Shown: positions 1 through 7,529 of the stretch, one piece after another | Numbering within the stretch: the first letter of the stretch is position 1 | Layout: every line of letters begins with the position of its first letter | Assembly (NCBI RefSeq): GCF_001306055.1 | Contig: NZ_LGHJ01000006.1 | Location: 60,001 to 92,000 of the forward strand | Reading direction: 5' to 3' | Origin: Bellilinea caldifistulae | GTDB lineage: Bacteria > Chloroflexota > Anaerolineae > Anaerolineales > Anaerolineaceae | Length of the DNA: 32,000 nt | Notes under the pieces: generated by a model | What the model was told of the DNA's origin: nothing | Seen by the model: the letters and a program-made list of their open reading frames with translations, nothing else | Databases searched by the model: none | Made by a program: the position numbers and the translations under genes

Positions 1-1
1 C

Positions 2-406
2 AAACGGCTGGGTGTGCCGGCGCTGGTGGTGCAGAATCTGGACGAAGCAGACGTGTTGATGACCCTGCGTACCTACTACCGCTCGCGTCAGCAGCCGGTG
101 GTCGAGGCGGAAGAACGGCGAATGCCAATATATGTGCTGCGCGCCAATACCATCAACCAGATGGAACAGTCGCTGGGGGAACTGTATAACCTGAGCATGG
201 ATAGCAACTCTGCCGAGTGGGAAATCATTGCTGCCCAAACACAGGTGGCCATCCAAAATGTGCTGAACGGTCAACGGTTTGTGGATTTGCCCCCCGCACC
301 GGCCAGCATCCGGCGGATGCAGCATGAGATGGCGCGCGCCCAGCAGCTGGTCTCACATTCCTACGGCAAAGAACCACACCGCCGCGTGCGCATCTTCCGC
401 GATTGA
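2..406 (+). CDS. R3H domain nucleic-acid-binding protein, C-terminal part (5' end lies outside the window)
   Basis: The frame is open from position 2. The C-terminus LPPAPASIRRMQHEMARAQQLVSHSYGKEPHRRVRIF matches the R3H pattern (R-x3-H ... S.S.G.E..R.V.I). The upstream IYVLRANTINQMEQSL resembles the linker of R3H/AAA (Ycf45/SpoIIIAA-like) proteins. Stop TGA at 404-406. Confidence 0.6.
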   Translation, partial: KRLGVPALVVQNLDEADVLMTLRTYYRSRQQPVVEAEERRMPIYVLRANTINQMEQSLGELYNLSMDSNSAEWEIIAAQTQVAIQNVLNGQRFVDLPPAPASIRRMQHEMARAQQLVSHSYGKEPHRRVRIFRD

Positions 407-478
407 GGCGGGTAGAAAACCGCCCCTCCCGCAAGGCCCCCACCTGCACTGCGCTCGACATGACGTGAACAAGGCCAT

Positions 479-520
479 GTCATTGTGGGCCGCCGTCAGG
501 CGGCGTGGCAATCCTCCACT
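479..520 (+). repeat. Intergenic interspersed repeat, copy A (GC hairpin GCCGCC-gtca-GGCGGC)
   Basis: gtcattgtgggccgccgtcaggcggcgtggc (479-509) matches 16230-16259 at 28 identical positions with 2 mismatches and 1 indel. Same orientation in both copies. Both lie between a + strand stop codon and the next + strand promoter. Confidence 0.6.
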
Positions 521-578
521 ACGCCGATGGGGAGGCAGGGCGGGGAAACAATTTTCTCTACCCTAAAATCCCCGAATT

Positions 579-609
579 TTGAACGCTCATCCCGCCAAGG
601 TGCTATAAT
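579..609 (+). promoter_or_regulatory. Putative sigma70-type promoter of the lactate permease gene
   Basis: TTGAAC (579-584), then TGcTATAAT extended -10 (601-609). The spacer is 19 nt, which is long. The ATG at 624 is only 14 nt after the -10 and has no Shine-Dalgarno, so the leader is very short. Confidence 0.4.
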
Positions 610-623
610 CGGCTGCGTTACCC

Positions 624-2195
624 ATGGAACTGAACCTGTTCACCTGGACCCTGGCGCTGCTGCCGGTGCTGGTCGTCTTGATTCTGATGCTGGGCTTCAA
701 GTGGGGTGGCAGTCGTGCTGGTGCAGCCGGCTGGGTTACCGCCGTACTGGTTGCCTGGATCTTCTTTGCCGCCGGCCCGCGTTTGATTGCCTACACCCAG
801 GCCAAAGCAGTCCTGCTCAGTCTGGATGTGTTGTACATCATCTGGACGGCGCTGCTGCTCTACCACACCGCCGATGAAGCCGGCGCTGTGCGGATGATTG
901 GCGTCAGTCTGCCGCGCCTGACCGCCGACCGCACCATGCAAGGACTGTTGATCGGCTGGCTGTTCGCCTCGTTTTTACAGGGTATGGGCGGTTTCGGTGT
1001 GCCGGTGGCCGTGGCGGCACCGCTGCTGGTTGGACTGGGTTTCAACCCGGTTCAGGCGGTGGTGATGGCGTGTATCGGCCACGGCTGGGCGGTCAATTAC
1101 GGCTCGCTGGCAACCTCCTTCCAAACCCTGATGGCGGTTACCGGCCTGCCCGGCGAACTGCTGGCGCCCGATTCGGCCTGGCTGCTGGGACTTTCGGCGT
1201 ATGCCTGCGGGGCGATTGTGGCACTGGTGGCTGGCGGCTGGCGCGGCCTGCTGCGCAGCCTGCCGGCGGTGATCGTCCTGGGGAGTGTGATGGCGCTCAG
1301 CCAGTACGGACTGGCGGTCAACGGGCTGTGGAATCTGGGCGCTACCGGCAGCGCCATGCTGGGACTGCTGGTCGGAATGGGTTTATGCCGCCTGCCCCTC
1401 TACCGCGGCAACCCGCAATCCACGCCGGCAGCCGATTTCGCTCACCTGAACGGCGGGGACGGGAAACCCCGTTCGCTGAAAATTTCGCTCTCGGCTTACG
1501 CCATTCTGGTGGTGCTGACTTTTGCGATCAACCTCATCCAGCCGCTCAACGCCTTCCTCGACCAGATTCAACTGAACCTCAACTTTCCGGAATTGCGCAC
1601 TGGCCTGGGATGGGTCACTCCCGCCGGGCCGGGACGCTCCATCAGCCTGTTTGGACATACCGGCTCCATTCTCCTGTATGCCTCGCTGATTTCCTACTTC
1701 ATCTACCGGCGGGCGGGTTATTACCGGCCGGGTGCAGCCGCCAGAATTGGCGAAAAGACCGTGAAGGGAGCGGTCAATTCCAGCTTGGGTATTCTGGCAA
1801 TGGTGGGCATGGCGGTGATCATGTCACATGCTGGCATGACCAACCTGCTGGCGCTGGGCATGAGCCGCAGTTTTGGCGCTGCCGCCTACCCGCTGATTGC
1901 GCCGTTCATTGGGGGGTTGGGAGCCTTCATCACCGGCAGCAACAACAATTCCAATGTGTTGTTTGCCGTGCTGCAAATGCGCACTGCCGAACTCCTCGCA
2001 CTGCCCGTGCCGTTAATACTGGGTGCCCAGACAGCCGGTGGCTCACTGGGCAGCATCATGGCCCCGGCCAAGGTGATTGTCGGTTGCAGCACGGTCGGTT
2101 TGAGCGACCGCGAAGGGGAAGTGATGGCGGCTGTCATCCGCTACGGCTTGATCCCGATTGCTCTGGTAGCGCTGGCGGCCTGGCTGGCTGTGTGA
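624..2195 (+). CDS. lctP: L-lactate permease family transporter (LctP/LldP, TC 2.A.14)
   Basis: 523 aa and polytopic. The N-terminus (LFTWTLALLPVLVVLILMLGFKW) and GMGGFGVPVAVAAPLLVGLGF are typical of the lactate permease family. The C-terminal GAFITGSNNNSNVLF motif is also typical. Confidence 0.8.
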   Translation: MELNLFTWTLALLPVLVVLILMLGFKWGGSRAGAAGWVTAVLVAWIFFAAGPRLIAYTQAKAVLLSLDVLYIIWTALLLYHTADEAGAVRMIGVSLPRLTADRTMQGLLIGWLFASFLQGMGGFGVPVAVAAPLLVGLGFNPVQAVVMACIGHGWAVNYGSLATSFQTLMAVTGLPGELLAPDSAWLLGLSAYACGAIVALVAGGWRGLLRSLPAVIVLGSVMALSQYGLAVNGLWNLGATGSAMLGLLVGMGLCRLPLYRGNPQSTPAADFAHLNGGDGKPRSLKISLSAYAILVVLTFAINLIQPLNAFLDQIQLNLNFPELRTGLGWVTPAGPGRSISLFGHTGSILLYASLISYFIYRRAGYYRPGAAARIGEKTVKGAVNSSLGILAMVGMAVIMSHAGMTNLLALGMSRSFGAAAYPLIAPFIGGLGAFITGSNNNSNVLFAVLQMRTAELLALPVPLILGAQTAGGSLGSIMAPAKVIVGCSTVGLSDREGEVMAAVIRYGLIPIALVALAAWLAV

Positions 2196-2321
2196 CCCGT
2201 CAAACCAGGTACACAATATCCGACCCGCCGGTTGGGTATGCCCATGGAATTGCCCGGATGTCTTCGGAGGTCAATCCGCCCGCCATGGCGGCGATACCGT
2301 CGCGTCCCTCTGACGCGGACT

Positions 2322-3230
2322 TCACACCTGCACTTCCGGCCAGACCGGGTAGAACATGGCCCACTGACGCGGATAAGCGCGGATGATCTTCTCGGCTTCG
2401 GCCAGCACCGCTTCGGTATTGAGCAGCAGTTCGCTGTCGCGGTCGGGGTGTGGCTGAGGCCAGATGGGTGGACTGCACACCAGCCGGTAAAAGTGAGGGC
2501 GCGGGCTGACGCAGGCCACCACGTACATCGGCACGCCGCATTGCAGCGCCAGATGCACATAGGCAACCGGCAGAGGCGCCGGCCGTCCAAAGAAGCGCGG
2601 TCGCAGGCGGGCATCCGCCAGGGGGCGGTCGAGACCGGTCAGCACCACCCCGCCGCTGCGCAGGCGTTGTTTGGCTTTTTGGGTCGCTTCGATGCCCATC
2701 GGGGTAACCTCGATGCCGACTTCGGTGCGGATGCGGTTTTGCAGCTGATAACCGGAGGGCGGGCGCGGAAAGGAAAGCACCTGAAAGTTCAACCCGCGCA
2801 GGGCCAGCGAGCGCCCTGCCAGGTCAAAATTGCTGGTGTGAGGGGTGAGGAAAAGCGCCGGGTGCTGCCCGCTTTTGACCTGCTCGAACAGCCCGGCAAA
2901 GGATGGGTCAAAATCCGTGCGGCGCAGAACTTCCTGCGGACGGTCAAGGTTGTGGTAGAAGTCATATAACCCGTGGGTGTGCTGGTGTAATACCTCATAC
3001 ACGGCGCGCCGCAACTCTTTTTCGCTGAGACCGCCGCCGGAAATGACCCACTGATTGGCACGCAAGGCGCGCACCAGTGGACTGTGGCGCCGGGCGGCGG
3101 TGATGGCTGCGCCGAAATCGGCAATCCGATACCCCAGCCACGGCGGGGTGTGTTTGCTAATAGCCAGCGCCAGCCAGACGCCAAAGCGGCTATTCGTCAG
3201 GGTTTGCAGATTGATCCTGGAGGTGGTCAT
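2322..3230 (-). CDS. LpxL/HtrB/PatA-type (PF03279-like) lipid/glycolipid acyltransferase
   Basis: LTPHTSNFDLAG reads as an H-x4-D acyltransferase motif. RFFGRPAPLPVAYVHLALQCGVPMYVV matches the FFG..a.t..G...lA...g.pvv block of this family. I chose the start at ATG 3230 (MTTSRINLQ) because the longer ORF to 3329 would overlap the upstream GTPase gene. Confidence 0.65.
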   Translation of the reverse strand: MTTSRINLQTLTNSRFGVWLALAISKHTPPWLGYRIADFGAAITAARRHSPLVRALRANQWVISGGGLSEKELRRAVYEVLHQHTHGLYDFYHNLDRPQEVLRRTDFDPSFAGLFEQVKSGQHPALFLTPHTSNFDLAGRSLALRGLNFQVLSFPRPPSGYQLQNRIRTEVGIEVTPMGIEATQKAKQRLRSGGVVLTGLDRPLADARLRPRFFGRPAPLPVAYVHLALQCGVPMYVVACVSPRPHFYRLVCSPPIWPQPHPDRDSELLLNTEAVLAEAEKIIRAYPRQWAMFYPVWPEVQV

Positions 3231-4455
3231 CGAGCAGGCTGCGATCTTCTCCGAGTGGAGATTGATTGAGAACTTGTTGAATGCGCTGCTGCAGGCTGGT
3301 TTTGGTGGGCTGCCGCCTGCCCAGTCCACGCAGGGATTCGAGCAACATGGCGGTCAGCGATTGGGTCAGGTTTTGCAGTGCGGCGGCAGAAAGCTTCTCG
3401 CCGCGTTCGAACCAGATCACGGCGGCATAGCCCATGACCACCGTCACCGCCGAGGCAATTGCCGCGGCCAGCAGCCACCCCGGCAAACCGCCCAGCTTGC
3501 TCAATTCGCCAAACAGAGTGCGCCCCAGCAATCCCAGCCCAAAGGTGGCGGCCAGTTCGCGGGCGCGTTCCAGCGTGATGCGGTAATTATAAATGCGGGC
3601 AATCCCCAGCACCATCACCGATTGGGTGACAATCAGCGGGGCAAAATCAATCATCGGCAGCGGGGTCAGCGCAATCACCGCAGCCACCGAGGCAGCGCTG
3701 ACAATCGAGCGCCACGCCAGCTGCCAGCGGTAGTGCGGCAAGCCCTGCCCCAGCGCGGCGGTGATCTCCGGCTGCAGGGCAGCGATGGCCGCCAGAATTT
3801 GCGGCAGACCTTCGCCGTTCTTCGCCACCAGCGGCAGTACCTGGGCGCTTTCCAGGCCAAGGTTTTGGGCAGCGCGGGCAATCACCGCTGCTGATTGGCG
3901 GCGCACCAGATCCATCTTGTTCAAAACGACCACGTAAGGCTTGTTCAGGGCTTTCAAGCGCTGGTACAAATCCAGCTCGGTTTGTTTGATGCCCTGAATG
4001 GCATCGAAGACGATGATCAGCACATCGGCCTCAGCCGCGGCCAGTAAAGCCTCTTCCCGTTCGCGTTCGCCCACCTGCCCGACTGCATCCGCACCGGGGG
4101 TGTCCAGGATGGTGAATAGACCCGTATCGGCTTCCTGATTGGTGCGGGTCGTGCCGGGCAGTGGGCCAACCTCGGCACGGTCGCTTTTTTGCTGGACAAA
4201 CTGGTTATACAGAGTGGATTTGCCAACATTGGCCGGCCCAACGATGGCAATCCGACTTTTGTGCCCAAAGGCGGTGCGGAACTGATGGGCTGACAGGCGC
4301 ATCAGCACGCGCAACAGATTGGCATCCGGCGGCAGACCGCCAAGCAGGGCTTGCAGGGTGCTGCGGTCGGTCGGCGAAAGCGACTCCCACACGATGCGGA
4401 AGACTTCGCGGGTTTCAGGGGGTAGTTTGCGTAAGAGGTCTTGAAGGGTGGGCAT
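3190..4455 (-). CDS. Membrane-associated GTPase (Era/EngA-like G domain plus DUF697-like C-terminal membrane domain)
   Basis: G1 is GPANVGKST, G3 is DTPG and G4 is NKMD. The C-terminus PLPMIDFAPLIVTQSVMVLGIARIYNY...LGRTL resembles the YcjF/DUF697 domain. Start taken at ATG 4455 (MPTLQDLL). The longer ORF to 4542 would run into the divergent MFS gene. Confidence 0.7.
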   Translation of the reverse strand: MPTLQDLLRKLPPETREVFRIVWESLSPTDRSTLQALLGGLPPDANLLRVLMRLSAHQFRTAFGHKSRIAIVGPANVGKSTLYNQFVQQKSDRAEVGPLPGTTRTNQEADTGLFTILDTPGADAVGQVGEREREEALLAAAEADVLIIVFDAIQGIKQTELDLYQRLKALNKPYVVVLNKMDLVRRQSAAVIARAAQNLGLESAQVLPLVAKNGEGLPQILAAIAALQPEITAALGQGLPHYRWQLAWRSIVSAASVAAVIALTPLPMIDFAPLIVTQSVMVLGIARIYNYRITLERARELAATFGLGLLGRTLFGELSKLGGLPGWLLAAAIASAVTVVMGYAAVIWFERGEKLSAAALQNLTQSLTAMLLESLRGLGRRQPTKTSLQQRIQQVLNQSPLGEDRSLLDDHLQDQSANPDE

Positions 4456-4497
4456 CTTAAGTGGGTTAAATGGTATCACAAAGGCGAAAAATGGGGT

Positions 4498-5757
4498 ATG
4501 ATGAAGCCGTTTGAAATTCATTGGAAGGTCAAGGCGTTGCAATCACACTCTCGTTGGATGGTTTTAGGGCTGTGCTGCCTGTTTTTCTTTTCGCTGGGCG
4601 TCACAGTTGCTTCTTTTGGGCCGTTGCTGCCGGAACTTTCGGTCTTGAATCAGGTGGATTTAAGCCGGATGGGGCAGATTTTCACTTTTTACTTTTTGGG
4701 CTCGTTGATTTCCCAGATTCTCAGCGGGCCGTTCAGTGACCGCTTTGGCGAAAAGCCGCTGATGCTGGCCGCAACCCTGCTGCTGATGGTCAGCGTGGCA
4801 ACGCTGCCGTTTAGCCACACTTTTTCCCTTAGTTTGCTGCTGTTCAGCCTGACCGGCCTGGGCGGCGGGGCAATTGTACTGGCCACCAATGTGCTGATCG
4901 CGCGCGTGTACGCTGACCGTTCGGTCTCGGCGCTCAATTTGCTCAACCTGTTTTTTGGGGTGGGGGCATTTCTCAGTCCGGCGCTGGTTGGGTTGATTGC
5001 CGGACAAACCGGCAACGGACGGCAAATCCTGTGGCTGGTGAGCGCTTTGCTGGCTTTGCAGGTGGTTCTGTTTGGCTGGCTGCGCATTCCGCCTCCCGCC
5101 CGTACGCCGCAGGCAAATGCCGGAACGGGCATGCGTTTTTTGCTGCGCAGCCGTTTGGTCTGGCTGCTGGCTTTCTTGCTGATGCTGTATGTCGGCGTAG
5201 AAAACGGCTTTGGCGGCTGGATTACGGTGTACATGCAGCGCACCGCTAACCTGCCGTATGAGCAGGCTGCCCTTTCGGCATCGGCATTCTGGCTGGCGTT
5301 GACCGCCGGACGGCTGGTGACGGTCGGCTTGGGGATGCGTTTGAGTGCTATGCGCATCCTTGCCCTCAGTCTGGGCGGAGCGCTGGCCGGCAGCCTGCTG
5401 ATGGTGTTGGGCAGGGGCAACCTGCCGCTCAGCACCGCCGGCATCCTGCTGACCGGTTTTAGTTTTGCCTCCATCTTCCCCTCGACGGTCTCGCTGAGCA
5501 GTGCTTTCTTCCCGGAACAGGCCGGGCGGGCGATGAGTATCATCAACGGGATGGCCAGTATCGGCGCCATGGTGCTGCCGTGGCTGCAGGGAGTGCTGCT
5601 CAATACCATTTCGCCGACCGCCAGTACCCTGCTGACGCTGGGTGGGGTGGCAGGCATGGTGCTTTTACTGGCGGCCGTCCGCCCGCTGACCCGTTCCACA
5701 GCGCCTTCGTCTCTGCCGGAAGCGGCAGGTGGTTTTTCGGATGTGTTGCCCCGTTGA
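4498..5757 (+). CDS. MFS transporter (sugar/FucP-like)
   Basis: About 12 predicted TM helices. GPFSDRFGEKP is an MFS loop 2-3 motif. Start taken at ATGATG 4498/4501 (MMKPFE). Divergent from the GTPase gene with only about 42 nt between the start codons. Confidence 0.7.
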   Translation: MMKPFEIHWKVKALQSHSRWMVLGLCCLFFFSLGVTVASFGPLLPELSVLNQVDLSRMGQIFTFYFLGSLISQILSGPFSDRFGEKPLMLAATLLLMVSVATLPFSHTFSLSLLLFSLTGLGGGAIVLATNVLIARVYADRSVSALNLLNLFFGVGAFLSPALVGLIAGQTGNGRQILWLVSALLALQVVLFGWLRIPPPARTPQANAGTGMRFLLRSRLVWLLAFLLMLYVGVENGFGGWITVYMQRTANLPYEQAALSASAFWLALTAGRLVTVGLGMRLSAMRILALSLGGALAGSLLMVLGRGNLPLSTAGILLTGFSFASIFPSTVSLSSAFFPEQAGRAMSIINGMASIGAMVLPWLQGVLLNTISPTASTLLTLGGVAGMVLLLAAVRPLTRSTAPSSLPEAAGGFSDVLPR

Positions 5758-5823
5758 GCATGCTGCCCAGACCGTTTGAAACAGCCGAACAAATTGACCG
5801 CTGGCTGAATTCCGCAAAACCCC

Positions 5824-5851
5824 TTGACTAGAACAGATTTTCTGATAAAAT
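5824..5851 (+). promoter_or_regulatory. Promoter with embedded operator-like AGAAC-N4-TTTCT (copy 1 of a shared module)
   Basis: TTGACT (5824-5829), 16-nt spacer, then TGaTAAAAT extended -10 (5843-5851). A second TATAAT lies at 5855-5860. 27/29 identical to 24539-24567. Confidence 0.6.
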
Positions 5852-5929
5852 AGGATATAATCAGTCAACAATTGTAAGGTCGTATCAACCGCCGCTGGCT
5901 GACGGGCTTACTTCAAAAGGAGATCCAAA

Positions 5930-7045
5930 ATGAGCAGTGTCCGCGTACTGGTTGGCACCCGGAAGGGAGCCTTTATTCTATCGTCCGACGGCAAACGGCA
6001 AAACTGGCAGGTGGACGGGCCACACTTTGGCGGGTGGGAAATCTTCCATCTCAAAGGCTCGGCGGTTGATCCCAATCGAATTTATGCCTCACAGGCAAGT
6101 GAGTGGTTCGGACAGGTCATGCACCGCTCGGATGATGGCGGCAAAACCTGGCAGACGGTTGGTAATCAGTTTCAATACCGCGGCGAGGTCGGCAGCCACC
6201 AGTGGTTTGATGGAAGCATCAAGCCGTGGACCTTTCGCCGCGTCTGGCATCTGGAACCTTCTCCGCTGGACGCCGATACGGTCTTTGCCGGGGTGGAAGA
6301 TGCCGCTCTGTTCCGCTCGACGGACGGCGGGCAAACGTGGGAAGAATTGAACGGGCTGCGCCAGCACGGCACAAGCGCCGACTGGCATCCCGGAGCGGGC
6401 GGTCTGTGTTTGCACACCATTCTGCTCGACCCGCAAAACCCGCGGCGGATGTTCGTTGCCATTTCGGCAGCCGGCGCTTTCCGCAGTGATGATGGCGGTG
6501 AAAGTTGGTTGCCCATCAACCGCGGGTTGAAATCGGATTACATTCCCGACCCAGAGGCGGAATTTGGTCATTGCGTTCACCGGATTGCCCTGCACCCCGC
6601 CCGTCCGCAGGTTTTGTTCATGCAGAAACACTGGGATGTGATGCGCAGTGATGATGCCGGAGAACACTGGTACGAAATCAGCGGTAACTTACCCAGCGAT
6701 TTTGGTTTTGTGGTGGCGGTTCATGCGCACGAGCCGGATACCCTCTACGTTTTACCCATCAAAAGCGACTCGGAACACTACCCGCCCGAAGGAAAATTGC
6801 GGGTGTACCGCAGCCGAACGGGTGGAAACGAGTGGGAGGCGCTCACCCACGGTTTACCCCAGCAAAATTGCTACGTCAACGTCCTGAGAGACGCCATGGC
6901 GGTGGATGAACTCGATCCGGGCGGGGTGTACTTTGGCACCACCGGCGGGCAGGTGTATGTTTCAGCGGATGGCGGGGATCACTGGCAGTCCATCGTCCAC
7001 GATTTACCGGCCGTGCTTTCGGTTGAGGTGCAAACCCTGCCATGA
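5930..7045 (+). CDS. Cytoplasmic BNR/Asp-box repeat beta-propeller protein (sialidase-fold / Ycf48-like)
   Basis: Six Asp-box-like motifs: [52 protein letters not shown]. No signal peptide is visible. SD AAAGGAG at 5914-5920. Confidence 0.75.
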   Translation: MSSVRVLVGTRKGAFILSSDGKRQNWQVDGPHFGGWEIFHLKGSAVDPNRIYASQASEWFGQVMHRSDDGGKTWQTVGNQFQYRGEVGSHQWFDGSIKPWTFRRVWHLEPSPLDADTVFAGVEDAALFRSTDGGQTWEELNGLRQHGTSADWHPGAGGLCLHTILLDPQNPRRMFVAISAAGAFRSDDGGESWLPINRGLKSDYIPDPEAEFGHCVHRIALHPARPQVLFMQKHWDVMRSDDAGEHWYEISGNLPSDFGFVVAVHAHEPDTLYVLPIKSDSEHYPPEGKLRVYRSRTGGNEWEALTHGLPQQNCYVNVLRDAMAVDELDPGGVYFGTTGGQVYVSADGGDHWQSIVHDLPAVLSVEVQTLP

Positions 7046-7338
7046 TACGCGTCATCCTGCCGGCTCATTTACGGCGTCTGGCAAACCTCAGTGGCGAAGT
7101 CCACCTGGATCTCTCGCCGCCGGTCACGCCGCGCCGGATTGTGGATGAGATCGAACGGCTTTACCCGGCTCTGCGCGGCACAATCCGCGATGCGCACACC
7201 CGGCAACGCCGCCCCTACCTGCGTTTTTTTGCCTGCCGGGAAGATGTCTCTTTTGCCGACCCTGACCAGCCGGTAGCCCCGCCGGTAGCAACCGGAGAAG
7301 AGCCGTTCATTATTTTAGGCGCCATTGCCGGCGGTTAG
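7042..7338 (+). CDS. MoaD/ThiS-family ubiquitin-like (beta-grasp) protein with C-terminal Gly-Gly
   Basis: 98 aa, ending ...[10 protein letters not shown]-stop. Its start overlaps the stop of the BNR gene as ATGA (7042-7045). Length and the terminal GG are typical of sulfur-carrier/Ubl proteins. Confidence 0.65.
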   Translation: MIRVILPAHLRRLANLSGEVHLDLSPPVTPRRIVDEIERLYPALRGTIRDAHTRQRRPYLRFFACREDVSFADPDQPVAPPVATGEEPFIILGAIAGG

Positions 7339-7354
7339 GCAGCCAGTTTTTTTC

Positions 7355-7383
7355 TTGACATTACACCTTACCAGCGGTACAAT
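7355..7383 (+). promoter_or_regulatory. Near-consensus sigma70 promoter of tRNA-Phe
   Basis: TTGACA (7355-7360), 17-nt spacer, TACAAT (7378-7383). The predicted TSS is about 6 nt before the tRNA 5' end. Confidence 0.7.
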
Positions 7384-7395
7384 TTGACCGCAATC

Positions 7396-7468
7396 GCCGA
7401 GATAGCTCAGTTGGTAGAGCACGCGACTGAAAATTGCGGTGTCGCCAGTTCGATTCTGGCTCTCGGCA
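7396..7468 (+). tRNA. tRNA-Phe: tRNA-Phe (anticodon GAA)
   Basis: Cloverleaf folded by hand: acceptor GCCGAGA/TCTCGGC, D arm GCTC-AGTTGGTA-GAGC, anticodon stem CGCGA/TTGCG with loop CTGAAAA, T arm GCCAG-TTCGATT-CTGGC, discriminator A. The 3' CCA is not encoded (next bases are CAC). Confidence 0.9.
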
Positions 7469-7471
7469 CAC

Positions 7472-7498
7472 CCCCCGCTCCCTGCGCGGGGGTTTTTT
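7472..7498 (+). terminator. Rho-independent terminator after tRNA-Phe
   Basis: Stem CCCCCGC (7472-7478) pairs with GCGGGGG (7486-7492). The loop is 7 nt and is followed by TTTTTT (7493-7498). Confidence 0.8.
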
Positions 7499-7529
7499 CT
7501 TCCCGCAAAACTCTGTTAGAATCAGAGGA

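Noticed and set aside
406-440. Possible terminator hairpin GGCGG-gtagaaaa-CCGCC after the R3H gene
   Set aside because: The stem is only 5 bp and there is no T-tract, so it is too weak to call.
1070-2386. 438-aa + strand ORF overlapping lctP out of frame
   Set aside because: The composition is rich in Arg, Pro and Gly and nonsensical. The in-frame lactate permease is unambiguous.
4689-5792. 367-aa ORF antisense to the MFS gene. Similar antisense or off-frame ORFs lie at 3055-3894, 7653-8522, 8876-9790, 13001-14053, 15476-16156, 19039-19671, 21543-22175, 23085-23933 and 27748-28569
   Set aside because: All lie fully inside confidently assigned genes on the other strand or in another frame. 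All have biased composition rich in Arg, Gly, Pro and His with no motifs, RBS or promoter support.
5823-5851. The shared promoter module as a HAIR (HspR) or CIRCE (HrcA) heat-shock operator
   Set aside because: It begins CTTGACT, like the HAIR half-site CTTGAGT, but the required inverted half ACTCAAG is absent. There is no TTAGCACTC-N9-GAGTGCTAA either.
7434-7529. N-terminal extension of the yabE-like ORF (start at 7434)
   Set aside because: The extension overlaps the 3' half of tRNA-Phe and its intrinsic terminator. ATG 7530 begins a normal signal-anchor sequence (MNHLTKRWTLAAGL...).
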